Assembly (NCBI GenBank): GCA_902800005.1
Contig: CADCCP010000004.1
Location: 3,773 to 67,772, forward strand
Length of the DNA stretch: 64,000 bases
DNA from: an uncultured Ruminococcus sp.
GTDB lineage: Bacteria; Bacillota; Clostridia; Oscillospirales; Acutalibacteraceae
Reading direction: 5' to 3'
Each line of letters starts with the position of its first letter. The first letter of the stretch is position 1. Shown in pieces: positions 17,966-27,995 of the stretch. The translations under genes and the position numbers were made by a program. Below the pieces are notes generated by a model. That model saw only the letters and a list, made by a program, of their open reading frames with translations, did no database searches and had not been told where the DNA came from.

Positions 17966-18920
17966 TTATGTCAACCTCATTCATCATATTCCAATTCACG
18001 CACAATTTACCGTCGGGATATAATATCAGCTTTTGCAAGTGATTTTCCGAAATCCTCTTTTCCATTTCCTCGTAATCCGACATTTCAAAACACACTTTCA
18101 TTCCTCTATACTTATATTCAAACGAATAGTAATAATATCCCTGAACGATACTTTTCAATATAAATTCCCTTTCATCAAGCCGTGAAAGAATTTCAGATAA
18201 ATCTATCCTGTTTTTGATTATGTATTCCGCTGTATTACCCATGTCAACACATTTATCAAATACCGCAAGTTCCCTGAAAACCACATCTGAAATGCCCGTT
18301 GACTTGGCAAAATCAAGATATTGCTTTATTCCCTGATAATCGGAAATTCCCGTTTTCTGAAAAACACATACCATTCTCATATTGAAATTTTTGGAAAGCT
18401 GTCCGATCGTTTCAGTGAACACTCTATTATATTTTATCTTCTCATTCCTGTTGAAACACATTATCGAATTATTCACATTCTCGTCAAAGTGATGTCTTGA
18501 ACACTCTATCCTTGTAAAGCCTATTTTATCCAAAATATTCTTCAAGTCATATTTGCAAAATCCCGACAAATTGGAATACATGACTTTTTCACCGATATTT
18601 TTGTAATTCAAAACCATTTCGGCTATCAATGCAAGAATTTCGGGACTTTCCGTAGGTTCTTTGCCCGACAGCGATAAAAATACATCTCTGTCCGAAAGTA
18701 TATCAAGTACATTTTTCAGCCTTTCACGATAATCACCGCATATATTACGGCAAATCATAGCTTTACCGTTCCTGCTTAATCTCTCCGAACAAAATCTGCA
18801 ATTTGCACTGCATTCATTATAAATATACGGCGTAAATGAAATAATTTTTGCAGTATCTCTTTTTTCCACTTGTACTCCGCTTTTTTCCGCTATCTCTCTG
18901 TAATCTCCGTAAAACTTCAT
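17943..18920 (-). CDS. radical SAM protein, unknown subfamily
   Basis: CSANCRFC (CxxxCxxC) near the N-terminus and an SGKEP (GGEP-like) motif. Start is ATG at 18920, 6 nt after AAGAGGTG; the ORF-track start is a GTG inside that RBS. Confidence 0.8.
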   Translation of the reverse strand: MKFYGDYREIAEKSGVQVEKRDTAKIISFTPYIYNECSANCRFCSERLSRNGKAMICRNICGDYRERLKNVLDILSDRDVFLSLSGKEPTESPEILALIAEMVLNYKNIGEKVMYSNLSGFCKYDLKNILDKIGFTRIECSRHHFDENVNNSIMCFNRNEKIKYNRVFTETIGQLSKNFNMRMVCVFQKTGISDYQGIKQYLDFAKSTGISDVVFRELAVFDKCVDMGNTAEYIIKNRIDLSEILSRLDEREFILKSIVQGYYYYSFEYKYRGMKVCFEMSDYEEMEKRISENHLQKLILYPDGKLCVNWNMMNEVDINGIFENS

Positions 18921-19009
18921 GTCGTCCACCTCTTATTATCTTAAAGATATTATCAATAGAATTATATCATAACATATTTTCCATTGTCAAGTGCAAATCA
19001 AAAAAATCA

Positions 19010-19038
19010 TTGACAAACTATTCAATAACCGTTATACT
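19010..19038 (+). promoter_or_regulatory. consensus sigma-70 promoter of tyrS
   Basis: TTGACA (19010-15), 17 nt, TATACT (19033-38). Confidence 0.65.
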
Positions 19039-19053
19039 AATCTTTATAAAACG

Positions 19054-19113
19054 ATTAGCAATGTGCAATGTGCAGTCATTTAATTGCACGTTGCCGATTG
19101 CTAATTATTTTTT
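19054..19113 (+). promoter_or_regulatory. leader hairpin plus U-run (terminator-like) built from CAATGTG heptads
   Basis: ATTAGCAATGTGCAATGTGCA (19054-74) pairs with TGCACGTTGCCGATTGCTAAT (19085-105), followed by TATTTTTT. It lies 23 nt before the tyrS ATG. Confidence 0.7.
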
Positions 19114-19135
19114 AGATGAAAGGAAAGATATAAAA

Positions 19136-20365
19136 ATGGGAGTATTTGAAGAATTACAGGAAAGAGGGCTTATCGCCCAGATGACAGACGAAAATGAAAT
19201 AAAGGAGCTTATCAATTCTGGCAAGGCTGTTTTTTACATAGGTTTTGATCCGACTGCCGACAGTCTGCACGTTGGTCACTTTATGGCATTGAGTTTAATG
19301 AAACGTCTGCAAATGGCAGGAAACAAGCCTATCGCTCTTATCGGCGGCGGTACGGGCATGATCGGCGATCCTTCCGGTAAAACCGATATGCGTAAAATGC
19401 TTACCAAAGAGGATATTGAACACAACTGTGAATGTTTCAAAAAACAGATGAGCCGTTTCATTGATTTCTCCGAAGGAAAGGCTATGATGGTAAACAATGC
19501 TGACTGGCTTTTGAACTTGAATTACGTTGAACTTCTCCGTGAAGTAGGTGCTTGTTTCAGCGTAAACAGAATGCTTACCGCTGAATGTTACAAGCAGAGA
19601 ATGGAAAGAGGATTGAGTTTCCTTGAATTCAACTACATGATAATGCAGAGTTACGACTTTCTCTCACTTTACAGACAGTACGGCTGTAATTTGCAGTTCG
19701 GCGGTGACGATCAGTGGAGCAATATGCTTGGCGGTACTGAGCTTATCAGAAGAAAACTCGGTAAAGATGCTTATGCTATGACTATAAATCTTCTCCTCAA
19801 TTCAGAGGGTAAGAAAATGGGCAAAACTGAAAAGGGTGCTGTATGGCTCGATCCCGAAAAGACAAGTCCGTTTGATTTCTTCCAGTATTGGAGAAACGTA
19901 TCTGACGCAGATGTCATAAAGTGCCTGAAAATGCTGACATTCGTTCCCATGAGTGAGATAAACGAACTTGCAAAACTCGAAGGCAGCGAACTCAACAAGG
20001 CAAAAGAAATTCTCGCATTTGAATTGACTAAACTCGTTCACGGCGAAGAAGAAGCTCAAAAAGCCCTTGAAGGTGCAAGAGCATTGTTCTCCTCAAAGTC
20101 CGATACAGATAATATGCCCTCAACGGAACTTGATGAAAGCATATTCACCGATGGTAAAATAGGCATTATCGACTTGCTTTCCGCAACAGGTCTTGTTCCC
20201 TCAAAGGGTGAGGCAAGAAGACTTATACAGCAGGGCGGTATTGCCGTAGATGATGTTAAAATAACGGACTTTAAAGCCGAAATTTTAAAAGATGATTTTG
20301 CAAAGGGCTATGTAGTCATCAAGAAAGGCAAAAAGGTATTCCACAAAGCCATCATAAAAGAGTGA
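19136..20365 (+). CDS. tyrS: tyrosine--tRNA ligase
   Basis: HVGH (HIGH) motif, KMGKT (KMSKS) motif and a C-terminal S4 domain; 409 aa from [12 protein letters not shown]. Confidence 0.93.
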   Translation: MGVFEELQERGLIAQMTDENEIKELINSGKAVFYIGFDPTADSLHVGHFMALSLMKRLQMAGNKPIALIGGGTGMIGDPSGKTDMRKMLTKEDIEHNCECFKKQMSRFIDFSEGKAMMVNNADWLLNLNYVELLREVGACFSVNRMLTAECYKQRMERGLSFLEFNYMIMQSYDFLSLYRQYGCNLQFGGDDQWSNMLGGTELIRRKLGKDAYAMTINLLLNSEGKKMGKTEKGAVWLDPEKTSPFDFFQYWRNVSDADVIKCLKMLTFVPMSEINELAKLEGSELNKAKEILAFELTKLVHGEEEAQKALEGARALFSSKSDTDNMPSTELDESIFTDGKIGIIDLLSATGLVPSKGEARRLIQQGGIAVDDVKITDFKAEILKDDFAKGYVVIKKGKKVFHKAIIKE

Positions 20366-20470
20366 AGTGTGGAGAGTGGAGAGTGAAGAATAGAGAAAAA
20401 ATCACCAAACCGATCTGCACAAAAGCGGAATTTGTAATAACTCCACTCTCAACTCTCCACTCTCAACTCT
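20359..20470 (+). repeat. heptad-periodic inverted repeat (GAGTGGA type) between tyrS and nusB
   Basis: Left arm GAGTGAA GTGTGGA GAGTGGA GAGTGAA GAATAGA (20360-20394); the tyrS TGA stop lies in the first heptad. Right arm TCCACTC TCAACTC TCCACTC TCAACTC (20442-20469). Confidence 0.85.
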
Positions 20471-20484
20471 TAAAGAATGGGGGT

Positions 20485-20916
20485 ATGTTCATGGATAGAG
20501 AAACCAATATACAAAAAAGACGTGAGGACAGACAACAGGCTTTACAACTTGTATATGAAAGAATGTTCAGAGATGATACATTGGAAGATGTGCGTGCAGA
20601 CGCTCTTGATGCTCGTGATGAAGAAGTCAGCGACTATGCAAAACAGCTTATCGAGGGCATTGAAGCACATAAAGATGAAATTGACGAACTCATTGAAAAA
20701 AATCTCAAAGGCTGGAAAATCAACAGAATTTCCAAAATCGCTCTTGCAGCTATGAGAATTTCCGTTTATGAAATGAAGTATATAAAAAGCGTTCCCGTAA
20801 GTGTTTCTATAAATGAAGCCGTCAGCATGACAAAGAAATTTGCCGCAGATAAAGACGGTTCATTTGTCAATGGAGTATTGGGAGCGGTCGCAAAAAATCT
20901 TTCGGGTGAAAAGTGA
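20485..20916 (+). CDS. nusB: transcription antitermination factor NusB
   Basis: About 143 aa matching the NusB pattern (RRxxRxxALQxLY..., INEAVxxxKxF). Start at 20485 or 20491, after the repeat element. Confidence 0.85.
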   Translation: MFMDRETNIQKRREDRQQALQLVYERMFRDDTLEDVRADALDARDEEVSDYAKQLIEGIEAHKDEIDELIEKNLKGWKINRISKIALAAMRISVYEMKYIKSVPVSVSINEAVSMTKKFAADKDGSFVNGVLGAVAKNLSGEK

Positions 20917-21863
20917 TGTATTTTCTTGGAATAGATACAAGCAATTACACGACTTCGGCAGCTATTTATGACAGTGAAAATAAAGTTGTCGTACATAAAA
21001 AAATGCTTTTGCCCGTCAAGCAAGGTGAATGCGGTTTAAGACAAAGTGATGCTGTTTTTCACCATGTACAGCAGTTACCGAAAGTTATAGATGAACTTTT
21101 CAGCGACTTTCACGGAGATATAACCGCTGTCGGCGTATCCGCTAAACCCAGAGATGTTGAGGGTTCATATATGCCATGCTTTACTGTCGGTCAAGGTACG
21201 GCTAAAATACTTTCACAAGTTTTAAATTTACCTTTATATGAATTTTCACATCAAAACGGACATATAGCCGCCGCTTTATACTCGTCAAAGCATACCGAAC
21301 TTGTCGGAAAAAAATTTCTTGCTTTTCACGTTTCGGGCGGTACGACTGAAAGTGTTATAGTCAAGCCCCATGATGAAAATATATTTCAAGTCGAACTTGT
21401 CGGAAAAACACTTGACTTAAATGCAGGTCAGCTTATTGACAGGATAGGCGTTATGCTTGGCTTGGGATTTCCTTGCGGACGGGAATTGGAAAAACTCGCT
21501 TTAAAGAGTTCCGCAAACATAAAGGCAAAGGTTACTTTAAAAGATACCGACTGTTGCTTGTCGGGCATAGAAAATATATGCCGAAAGGCTTTTTCTGAGG
21601 GTACGTCAAGGGAGGACGTTTCATTGATGTGCCTTAAATACGTTGAAAAAGCCGTTTCGGGAATGTGTGAAAGAATACTTTCAAAATACGGTGAAATGCC
21701 CGTGATATTTGCAGGCGGTGTCATGTCCGATAAAATCATCAGGGACAGCCTTTCCGCAAAATTCAATGCGTACTTTGCCGAACCCGAATTTTCCGCTGAC
21801 AATGCAGGCGGTACGGCATTTTTGACTTATCTCAAACATAAAATATGGGTGCAGGGATTTTGA
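20916..21863 (+). CDS. TsaD/Kae1-family (ASKHA fold) protein, divergent paralogue
   Basis: GIDTSNYTTS, SHQNGH (HxxxH metal site) and FHVSGGTTE motifs. The start overlaps the nusB stop (TGATG). Confidence 0.65.
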   Translation: MYFLGIDTSNYTTSAAIYDSENKVVVHKKMLLPVKQGECGLRQSDAVFHHVQQLPKVIDELFSDFHGDITAVGVSAKPRDVEGSYMPCFTVGQGTAKILSQVLNLPLYEFSHQNGHIAAALYSSKHTELVGKKFLAFHVSGGTTESVIVKPHDENIFQVELVGKTLDLNAGQLIDRIGVMLGLGFPCGRELEKLALKSSANIKAKVTLKDTDCCLSGIENICRKAFSEGTSREDVSLMCLKYVEKAVSGMCERILSKYGEMPVIFAGGVMSDKIIRDSLSAKFNAYFAEPEFSADNAGGTAFLTYLKHKIWVQGF

Positions 21864-21918
21864 TCCCTGCCGAGGTCAAGGGCGAGTAGCCCTTGTGGGG
21901 TTTGGGGCAACGCCCCAA
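21851..21918 (+). repeat. three consecutive short GC-rich hairpins
   Basis: GCAGGGAttttgATCCCTGC (21851-70), CAAGGGCgagtaGCCCTTG (21877-95) and TTGGGGCaaCGCCCCAA (21902-18). The first contains the stop codon of the preceding CDS. Confidence 0.75.
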
Positions 21919-21944
21919 CAATAAAGAAAGGAGTGACAATTACT

Positions 21945-23294
21945 ATGGGTAGACTTTTCGGAACAGACGGTGCAAGAGGTATCGCAAATAAAGAACTTAC
22001 TTGTGAATTGGCTATGAATATAGGCAGGGCTGCCGCTATGGTTCTGATAAACGGCAACGCTCGCCCTAAGATCCTTATAGGCAAAGATACAAGACTTTCA
22101 AGTGATATGCTTGAAGGTGCTTTGACAGCCGGTTTATGTTCTATCGGTGCAGATGTTGAACTGCTTGGAGCAGTCCCTACACCTGCCGTTGCCTATCTCA
22201 TTAAAAAATATAATGCCGATGCAGGTATCATGATCTCCGCATCTCACAATTCTTTTGAATTTAACGGCATCAAGATTTTTTCAAGTGACGGCTATAAACT
22301 GCCCGATGAACTTGAAGCTGAAATAGAATCCATTGTTCTCGATAAATCAAAACCGTTCACTGTACCTGTCGGTGACGGCTTGGGAAAAGTTACAAAAGCC
22401 GGAAACGCCGTTTCCGACTATATCGAACACATTATTTCAACCGTTCCTCAAAGACTTGACGGAATGAAAATCGCTATTGACTGCTCAAACGGCTCTGCTT
22501 CAACTACTGCAAAGGAACTTTTTACAAAACTCGGTGCAGACTGTCATATACTTTACGCTGAACCTGACGGTATCAATATCAATGACAAATGCGGTTCGAC
22601 ACATCTCGAAAATCTGCAAAAATATGTTGTTGAAAACGGTCTTGAAATGGGCGTTGCATTTGACGGCGATGCAGACAGATGTCTTGCCGTTGACGAGAAC
22701 GGAAATATTATTGACGGTGATTTCATTATGGCGATATGTGCTATGGACTTGTATTCAAGAGGAAAACTCGCTAAAAACACCGCTGTCGGAACGGTCATGT
22801 CAAATATGGGCTTCGGAAAGTTCTGCGAAGACAACAATATCAGATTTGTTTCAACAAATGTCGGTGACAGATATGTTTTAGAGGCTATGCTCAGAGAGGG
22901 CTACAACTTCGGCGGCGAACAATCGGGACACGTCATTTTCCTTGACTATTCAACAACGGGTGACGGTCAATTGACCGCTGCTCAGCTTTTGAGCCTCGTC
23001 CACAGAAGAAATGCCAAAATGTCAAGTATTGCCACTCTTATGACACACTATCCGCAAATACTCATCAATGTAAAAGTCACAAATGAGGGCAAAGTGCAGT
23101 TCTATAAAAATCAGGACATCAAAAATAAAATAGAGTCCGTTAAAAATGAACTCGGCTCTGACGGAAGGATACTTGTAAGACTTTCAGGTACAGAACCGCT
23201 TGTCAGAGTTATGCTGGAAGGTCTTGATAAAGAAAAAATAACCCGTCTTGCAAATGAAACTGCCGATCTCATCAGAGAAAAAATAGGTCAGTGA
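21945..23294 (+). CDS. glmM: phosphoglucosamine mutase
   Basis: MGRLFGTDGARG N-terminus, SASHN phosphoserine loop, FDGDADR and GEQSGH motifs. Confidence 0.93.
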   Translation: MGRLFGTDGARGIANKELTCELAMNIGRAAAMVLINGNARPKILIGKDTRLSSDMLEGALTAGLCSIGADVELLGAVPTPAVAYLIKKYNADAGIMISASHNSFEFNGIKIFSSDGYKLPDELEAEIESIVLDKSKPFTVPVGDGLGKVTKAGNAVSDYIEHIISTVPQRLDGMKIAIDCSNGSASTTAKELFTKLGADCHILYAEPDGININDKCGSTHLENLQKYVVENGLEMGVAFDGDADRCLAVDENGNIIDGDFIMAICAMDLYSRGKLAKNTAVGTVMSNMGFGKFCEDNNIRFVSTNVGDRYVLEAMLREGYNFGGEQSGHVIFLDYSTTGDGQLTAAQLLSLVHRRNAKMSSIATLMTHYPQILINVKVTNEGKVQFYKNQDIKNKIESVKNELGSDGRILVRLSGTEPLVRVMLEGLDKEKITRLANETADLIREKIGQ

Positions 23295-23407
23295 AATTTG
23301 CACAAAAAGATATTTCAATGCTGACAAAAGTTCTATTTAAAAAAATCGTGCATTTGAAGCTGATTGTGTTATAATATTACTATCAAGGACACAGGAGTGT
23401 TTTTAAG

Positions 23408-24343
23408 ATGGCTAATGTTGACATATCGGTGATAATCCCCTCCAAAAATAATAAAAATACAACTGCAAAGATCATTAATAAAATATCGGAAAATACAAAA
23501 GGTCTTGAAGTAGAATATATCGTCATAGATATGAATTCCACTGATAACAGTGTACTCTCCGCTTTAAATGAGATCAAAAAGCATAATCTGCGTGGATGTG
23601 TCATTCAAAGCGGCGGTGGTACTGTCAGTTCTGCTCTCAATACGGGCATCTACAAATCAGACGGTAAATATATCACTTTCGTGTATCCGAGCAGACTTTA
23701 TAAAAGTGACTATATTTCTTCCTATTACAATACCATTGAAGAAAAAAATGCCGACCTTGTATTTTCCGCTCCCAAAACTGAGCTCGTCAGTGCGGAAATG
23801 GACAGTATCGGCGGTTCCGAATTGGCAGTAGGTCTTGTGCGTTCAGTAATAAGCATGGATTTTTGTGCCGTGATGATAAGACGTGAATATCTTCTTGAAA
23901 ATCACATAAAATTTTACGAGGACTGCACAACAGGCTATGCAGAGGCTTTCGTTTTCAATGCACTCATATTTGAGCCGAAGATAGCTTACTCCGATATAAA
24001 ACTTGAACGTGACCGCATGGACATTCCGCAAAAAGATGAACTTTCACCCAAAAACAGCGTATTCTCCAGAATAGATGCCATGCTGAAAGTCTATGAAACG
24101 GTACAGCTTTCAAAAAAAGGTGATACCTCCCTTAATAATGCCTTTGAATACAATAAAATGCCGTCTGTCGTCATGTCGTGCGTAGACACGCTTTTAAAAG
24201 ACGGTTTCCCCTATTCCGCTATAAAAAATTCCCTCAAACTCAAAGGCTATGACAAATTACTGAAATTTTCAAGGCACACTCCCCCTAAACTCCGTATCAG
24301 GATTTTAAAATGGCGTTTTATGCCTAAGCTTTATAAACCGTGA
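23408..24343 (+). CDS. family 2 glycosyltransferase
   Basis: N-terminal VIIPSKNN...IVIDMNSTD GT-A pattern; 311 aa. Confidence 0.75.
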   Translation: MANVDISVIIPSKNNKNTTAKIINKISENTKGLEVEYIVIDMNSTDNSVLSALNEIKKHNLRGCVIQSGGGTVSSALNTGIYKSDGKYITFVYPSRLYKSDYISSYYNTIEEKNADLVFSAPKTELVSAEMDSIGGSELAVGLVRSVISMDFCAVMIRREYLLENHIKFYEDCTTGYAEAFVFNALIFEPKIAYSDIKLERDRMDIPQKDELSPKNSVFSRIDAMLKVYETVQLSKKGDTSLNNAFEYNKMPSVVMSCVDTLLKDGFPYSAIKNSLKLKGYDKLLKFSRHTPPKLRIRILKWRFMPKLYKP

Positions 24344-24432
24344 AATTTCTTTCACGGTTTCTTTTTTTATACAAACATTTGTTGATACAAAAACAAATTT
24401 ATGTTATAATACATAAGGAGTGTGATGTAAAA

Positions 24433-24948
24433 ATGAAAATCTTAGGCATAGATCCCGGTTATGCCATTATCGGCTATGGTGTCATTGAATTTTCGGGCGG
24501 TCGCTACAAACCTCTCGATCTCGGTGCAGTTACCACTGATGCCGATACTCCTTTCGGACTTCGCTTACAGCAAATTTACAACGGTATCCTTTCCGTTATA
24601 ATTAAAAATAATCCCGATGAAATGGCTATTGAAAAACTCTATTTCCAAAACAATCAAAAAACAGCCATTCCCGTTGCGGAAGCAAGAGGTGTTATTCTCC
24701 TTGCCGCCCAAAATAATAACATTCCCGTCAGCGAATACACACCTTTACAAGTCAAATCCGCCGTCACTGGCTACGGACAAGCACATAAACCGCAAGTCAT
24801 GGAAATGACAAGACGGCTTCTCAAACTTGATAAAGTCCCCAAACCCGATGATACAGCCGACGCTCTCGCTATTGCAATATGCCATGCACAGAGTTCGGCT
24901 ACCAATTTGAAAAATCTTTTGAATCAAAGAGGTGTCATTATAAGATGA
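24433..24948 (+). CDS. ruvC: crossover junction endodeoxyribonuclease RuvC
   Basis: MKILGIDPGYAIIGYG with D7 and a C-terminal DAADALAIA-like motif. Start is the internal ATG at 24433. Confidence 0.9.
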   Translation: MKILGIDPGYAIIGYGVIEFSGGRYKPLDLGAVTTDADTPFGLRLQQIYNGILSVIIKNNPDEMAIEKLYFQNNQKTAIPVAEARGVILLAAQNNNIPVSEYTPLQVKSAVTGYGQAHKPQVMEMTRRLLKLDKVPKPDDTADALAIAICHAQSSATNLKNLLNQRGVIIR

Positions 24949-25550
24949 TATACAGCCTTAACGGAAAACTTATTCACAGTGAACGTGATTTTGCCGTGAT
25001 AGAATGCGGCGGTGTCGGCTACAAGTGCATGACAAGCCTCAACACCATCAAAACCATGCCGCATATCAATGAAAATACCATGCTTTACACTCACATGATA
25101 GTCAAAGAAGATAACATTGAACTTTGCGGATTCCGCACAAAAGAAGAACTCAATACATTTAAGATTCTTATATCCGTCAGTGGTGTCGGTGCAAAAGTCG
25201 CTGTTGCTATATTATCGGAATTAACACCCGAACAATTTGCACTTGCCGTTGCCAACGGCGATACAAAATCCCTTACCCGTGCGGCAGGTGTCGGAAATAA
25301 ACTTGCACAGCGTATCGTTCTTGAACTTAAAGACAAAATAAAAAAACTTGCAATTCTCCCCGAAACTGTTCAGACAGGCTCCGCAGTTGTTTCAGTAACG
25401 GGCGGAAATATCTCACAAGCTATCGGTGCATTGGCTGTTCTGGGATATTCCCCTGATGATGTCATGCCCTTCATGAACGGCATTTCTAACGATATGTCAG
25501 TTGAACAGATAATCTCCTCTACCCTTAAAGCTATCGGAAAGAAAGGATAA
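24945..25550 (+). CDS. ruvA: Holliday junction helicase subunit RuvA
   Basis: [10 protein letters not shown]-terminus and HhH motifs ([20 protein letters not shown]). ATGA overlap with ruvC. Confidence 0.9.
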   Translation: MIYSLNGKLIHSERDFAVIECGGVGYKCMTSLNTIKTMPHINENTMLYTHMIVKEDNIELCGFRTKEELNTFKILISVSGVGAKVAVAILSELTPEQFALAVANGDTKSLTRAAGVGNKLAQRIVLELKDKIKKLAILPETVQTGSAVVSVTGGNISQAIGALAVLGYSPDDVMPFMNGISNDMSVEQIISSTLKAIGKKG

Positions 25551-25554
25551 AATT

Positions 25555-26613
25555 ATGTCTGAAATGGATTTTGAAAACAGATATGAGGACAGGATCGTTG
25601 CTCCCACTGAAATTATGGGTGATGAGGGCGATAACCCTTTACGTCCCCGAAATCTGAAAGATTACATCGGTCAGGAAAAGGCTAAACAAAATTTAGCTGT
25701 ATTCATGGCTGCCGCTAAACAACGTCATGAAAGTCTTGACCACGTTTTATTATACGGTCCTCCCGGACTTGGCAAAACTACCCTTTCGGGCATTATTGCC
25801 AATGAAATGGGCGTTAATTTAAGGATAACGTCAGGCCCCGCCATTGAAAAACCCGGTGATCTTGCCGCTATATTAACAAATCTCAATGACGGTGATGTCC
25901 TTTTCATAGACGAGATACACCGCATTTCACGAGCCGTTGAAGAAATTTTATATCCCGCTATGGAAGATTTTGCTATCGACATTGTGACGGGCAAAGGGCA
26001 AATGGCAGCAGCCTATCACTTGCCTTTGCCAAGATTTACGCTTGTCGGTGCAACCACAAGGGCAGGGCAACTAACCGCACCTTTGCGTGACAGGTTCGGT
26101 GTATGTCTGAGATTAGAGTTGTATACACCGCAGGAACTTGCTAAAATCGTTACAAGAAGTGCAGGTATTTTAAATATTCCCATTGAACCGGACGGAGCTT
26201 TGGAAATAGCCTCACGTTCAAGAGGTACACCGAGAATTGCCAATCGTATGTTAAAGCGTGTCAGGGACTTTGCACAAGTCTTGTCTAACGGCATTATCAC
26301 TCTTGAAACGGCGAAAATTGCCCTTGAACGTCTTGAAATAGATGAACTCGGTCTTGATGCCAACGACAGACGTATGTTATCTGCGATCGTGAAATTTTAT
26401 AGAGGCGGACCTGTCGGCTTGGAAACGCTTGCGGCAGCTATCGGTGAAGAAGCCGTCACCATCGAAGATGTCATAGAACCGTATCTCATGCAGATAGGAT
26501 TTTTAAATAGAACTCCTCGTGGCAGATGTATCACAAAAGCGGCTTGTCTGCATTTAGGATATGACCTGCCCGATGCACAGGACGGTCAACTGAAAATCGA
26601 GGTATTCCAATGA
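25555..26613 (+). CDS. ruvB: Holliday junction helicase RuvB
   Basis: [21 protein letters not shown] and LFIDEIHR motifs. Confidence 0.95.
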   Translation: MSEMDFENRYEDRIVAPTEIMGDEGDNPLRPRNLKDYIGQEKAKQNLAVFMAAAKQRHESLDHVLLYGPPGLGKTTLSGIIANEMGVNLRITSGPAIEKPGDLAAILTNLNDGDVLFIDEIHRISRAVEEILYPAMEDFAIDIVTGKGQMAAAYHLPLPRFTLVGATTRAGQLTAPLRDRFGVCLRLELYTPQELAKIVTRSAGILNIPIEPDGALEIASRSRGTPRIANRMLKRVRDFAQVLSNGIITLETAKIALERLEIDELGLDANDRRMLSAIVKFYRGGPVGLETLAAAIGEEAVTIEDVIEPYLMQIGFLNRTPRGRCITKAACLHLGYDLPDAQDGQLKIEVFQ

Positions 26614-27821
26614 GTACGATACTGACTGTTACACAGCTTAACAGATATGTCAAATCCGTCCTTGAAAGTGACGGCAAACTGCAAAATATATATTTGCGTG
26701 GAGAAATTTCAAATCTCACCATTCATTATACAGGGCATATATATTTTTCACTGAAAGCGGAAGATCAATGTACAATAAAAGCCGTGATGTTTGCAGGAAG
26801 AGCAAAATATCTGAAATTCACTCCCCAAAGCGGTATGAAAGTCATCATGCGTGGAAACATCACTCTTTACGAAAAAACGGGTTCTTATCAGATAAACGTG
26901 GAAGAAATGTATCCCGATGGTGCAGGGGCATTGAATTTAGCCTATGAACAACTGAAAGTCAAACTTCAAAACGAGGGCTTATTTGATGATTCTCATAAAA
27001 AGCCCTTGCCGAAATTTCCGCAGGCTATCGGTGTGATAACCTCTCCGACAGGGGCGGCTGTACAGGATATTTTTCGCATACTCAACAGACGTTATCCCAT
27101 AGGCGAGATCATCATGTGTCCCGTACTCGTACAGGGTGAAAATGCCGCTGAAGATTTAACAAATGCCGTTAAAAAATTCAATGCTCTCAAATGTGCAGAC
27201 GTTATCATTATAGGCAGAGGCGGCGGAAGTATAGAGGACTTATGGGCTTTCAATGATGAAAAATTGGCAAGGGCTATTTATGAATGTGAAATCCCCGTTG
27301 TATCGGCTGTCGGACATGAAACGGATTTCACAATATGCGATTTTGCGGCAGATGTCAGGGCTTCCACACCGTCGGCTGCCGCTGAATTGGTATCGGCTGT
27401 CACAAATGAAAATATGCTTGCCGAAACAGAGATACTTATGAATAAAATGCGGACTGCCATTCAAAGACGTTTGCAATATGAATCACAGCGTTATGAACGT
27501 GCAGCAAATTCACAGGTCATTCAAAATCCCGAAAACATCATCACAAGCAGGAAAATAAAGTTAGATATGCTCAATGAAAAACTGAAAGGCAATTATTCAA
27601 AAAAGCTGTCGGCTGAAAAAGAGAAGTTTGCAGAACTTACGGCTAAACTCGATACTTTAAGTCCTTTGAAAATTCTTGCAAGAGGTTATTCCGTTGCAAA
27701 GAAAGACGGGCATATCATCAACAGTGTTGAACAGGCAAATATCAATGATAAAATAGAGATAGTGCTGTCAGACGGACATCTTGACTGCACCGTTACAGGA
27801 GGTATGAAACATGAAATATGA
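26610..27821 (+). CDS. xseA: exodeoxyribonuclease VII large subunit
   Basis: N-terminal OB-fold pattern ([15 protein letters not shown]...GEISN) and [15 protein letters not shown]. Confidence 0.9.
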   Translation: MSTILTVTQLNRYVKSVLESDGKLQNIYLRGEISNLTIHYTGHIYFSLKAEDQCTIKAVMFAGRAKYLKFTPQSGMKVIMRGNITLYEKTGSYQINVEEMYPDGAGALNLAYEQLKVKLQNEGLFDDSHKKPLPKFPQAIGVITSPTGAAVQDIFRILNRRYPIGEIIMCPVLVQGENAAEDLTNAVKKFNALKCADVIIIGRGGGSIEDLWAFNDEKLARAIYECEIPVVSAVGHETDFTICDFAADVRASTPSAAAELVSAVTNENMLAETEILMNKMRTAIQRRLQYESQRYERAANSQVIQNPENIITSRKIKLDMLNEKLKGNYSKKLSAEKEKFAELTAKLDTLSPLKILARGYSVAKKDGHIINSVEQANINDKIEIVLSDGHLDCTVTGGMKHEI

Positions 27822-27993
27822 AGAAGCCATCGCTCAGCTTGAAGAAACTGTTAAACAGCTTGAAAGCGGCAAACTCTCTCTTGAAGAATCAATAGAGATG
27901 TTTGAAAAAGGCACGAACTTGGCAAAAGAATGTTATGAAACCCTCAAAAATGCCGAACAGAAAATTACTTTAATTTCAGAGTTGGAGGAATAA
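27811..27993 (+). CDS. xseB: exodeoxyribonuclease VII small subunit
   Basis: 60 aa, [26 protein letters not shown] pattern; overlaps xseA. Confidence 0.85.
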   Translation: MKYEEAIAQLEETVKQLESGKLSLEESIEMFEKGTNLAKECYETLKNAEQKITLISELEE

Positions 27994-27995
27994 AT

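Noticed and set aside
18848-19135. N-terminal 96-codon extension of the tyrS ORF in the track (505 aa)
   Set aside because: The extension runs through a consensus promoter, a terminator-like hairpin and a U-run, and has no TyrRS similarity. The conserved TyrRS N-terminus ([12 protein letters not shown]) starts at the ATG at 19136, which has a purine-rich RBS.
18930-19135. T-box riboswitch upstream of tyrS
   Set aside because: Expected from Firmicutes biology, but the leader is only about 90 nt. I could not find the conserved T-box sequence, the AGAGA/GNUGGNA elements or a specifier stem. A CM scan should still confirm this.
20362-20484. N-terminal extension of nusB (track ORF starts at 20362)
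   Set aside because: The extension is a translation of the heptad inverted repeat. NusB homology begins at MFMDRETN (20485/20491).
21864-21944. glmS-type ribozyme or riboswitch upstream of glmM
   Set aside because: The region is only about 80 nt of three simple hairpins. The glmS ribozyme is about 170 nt and is associated with glmS, not glmM.
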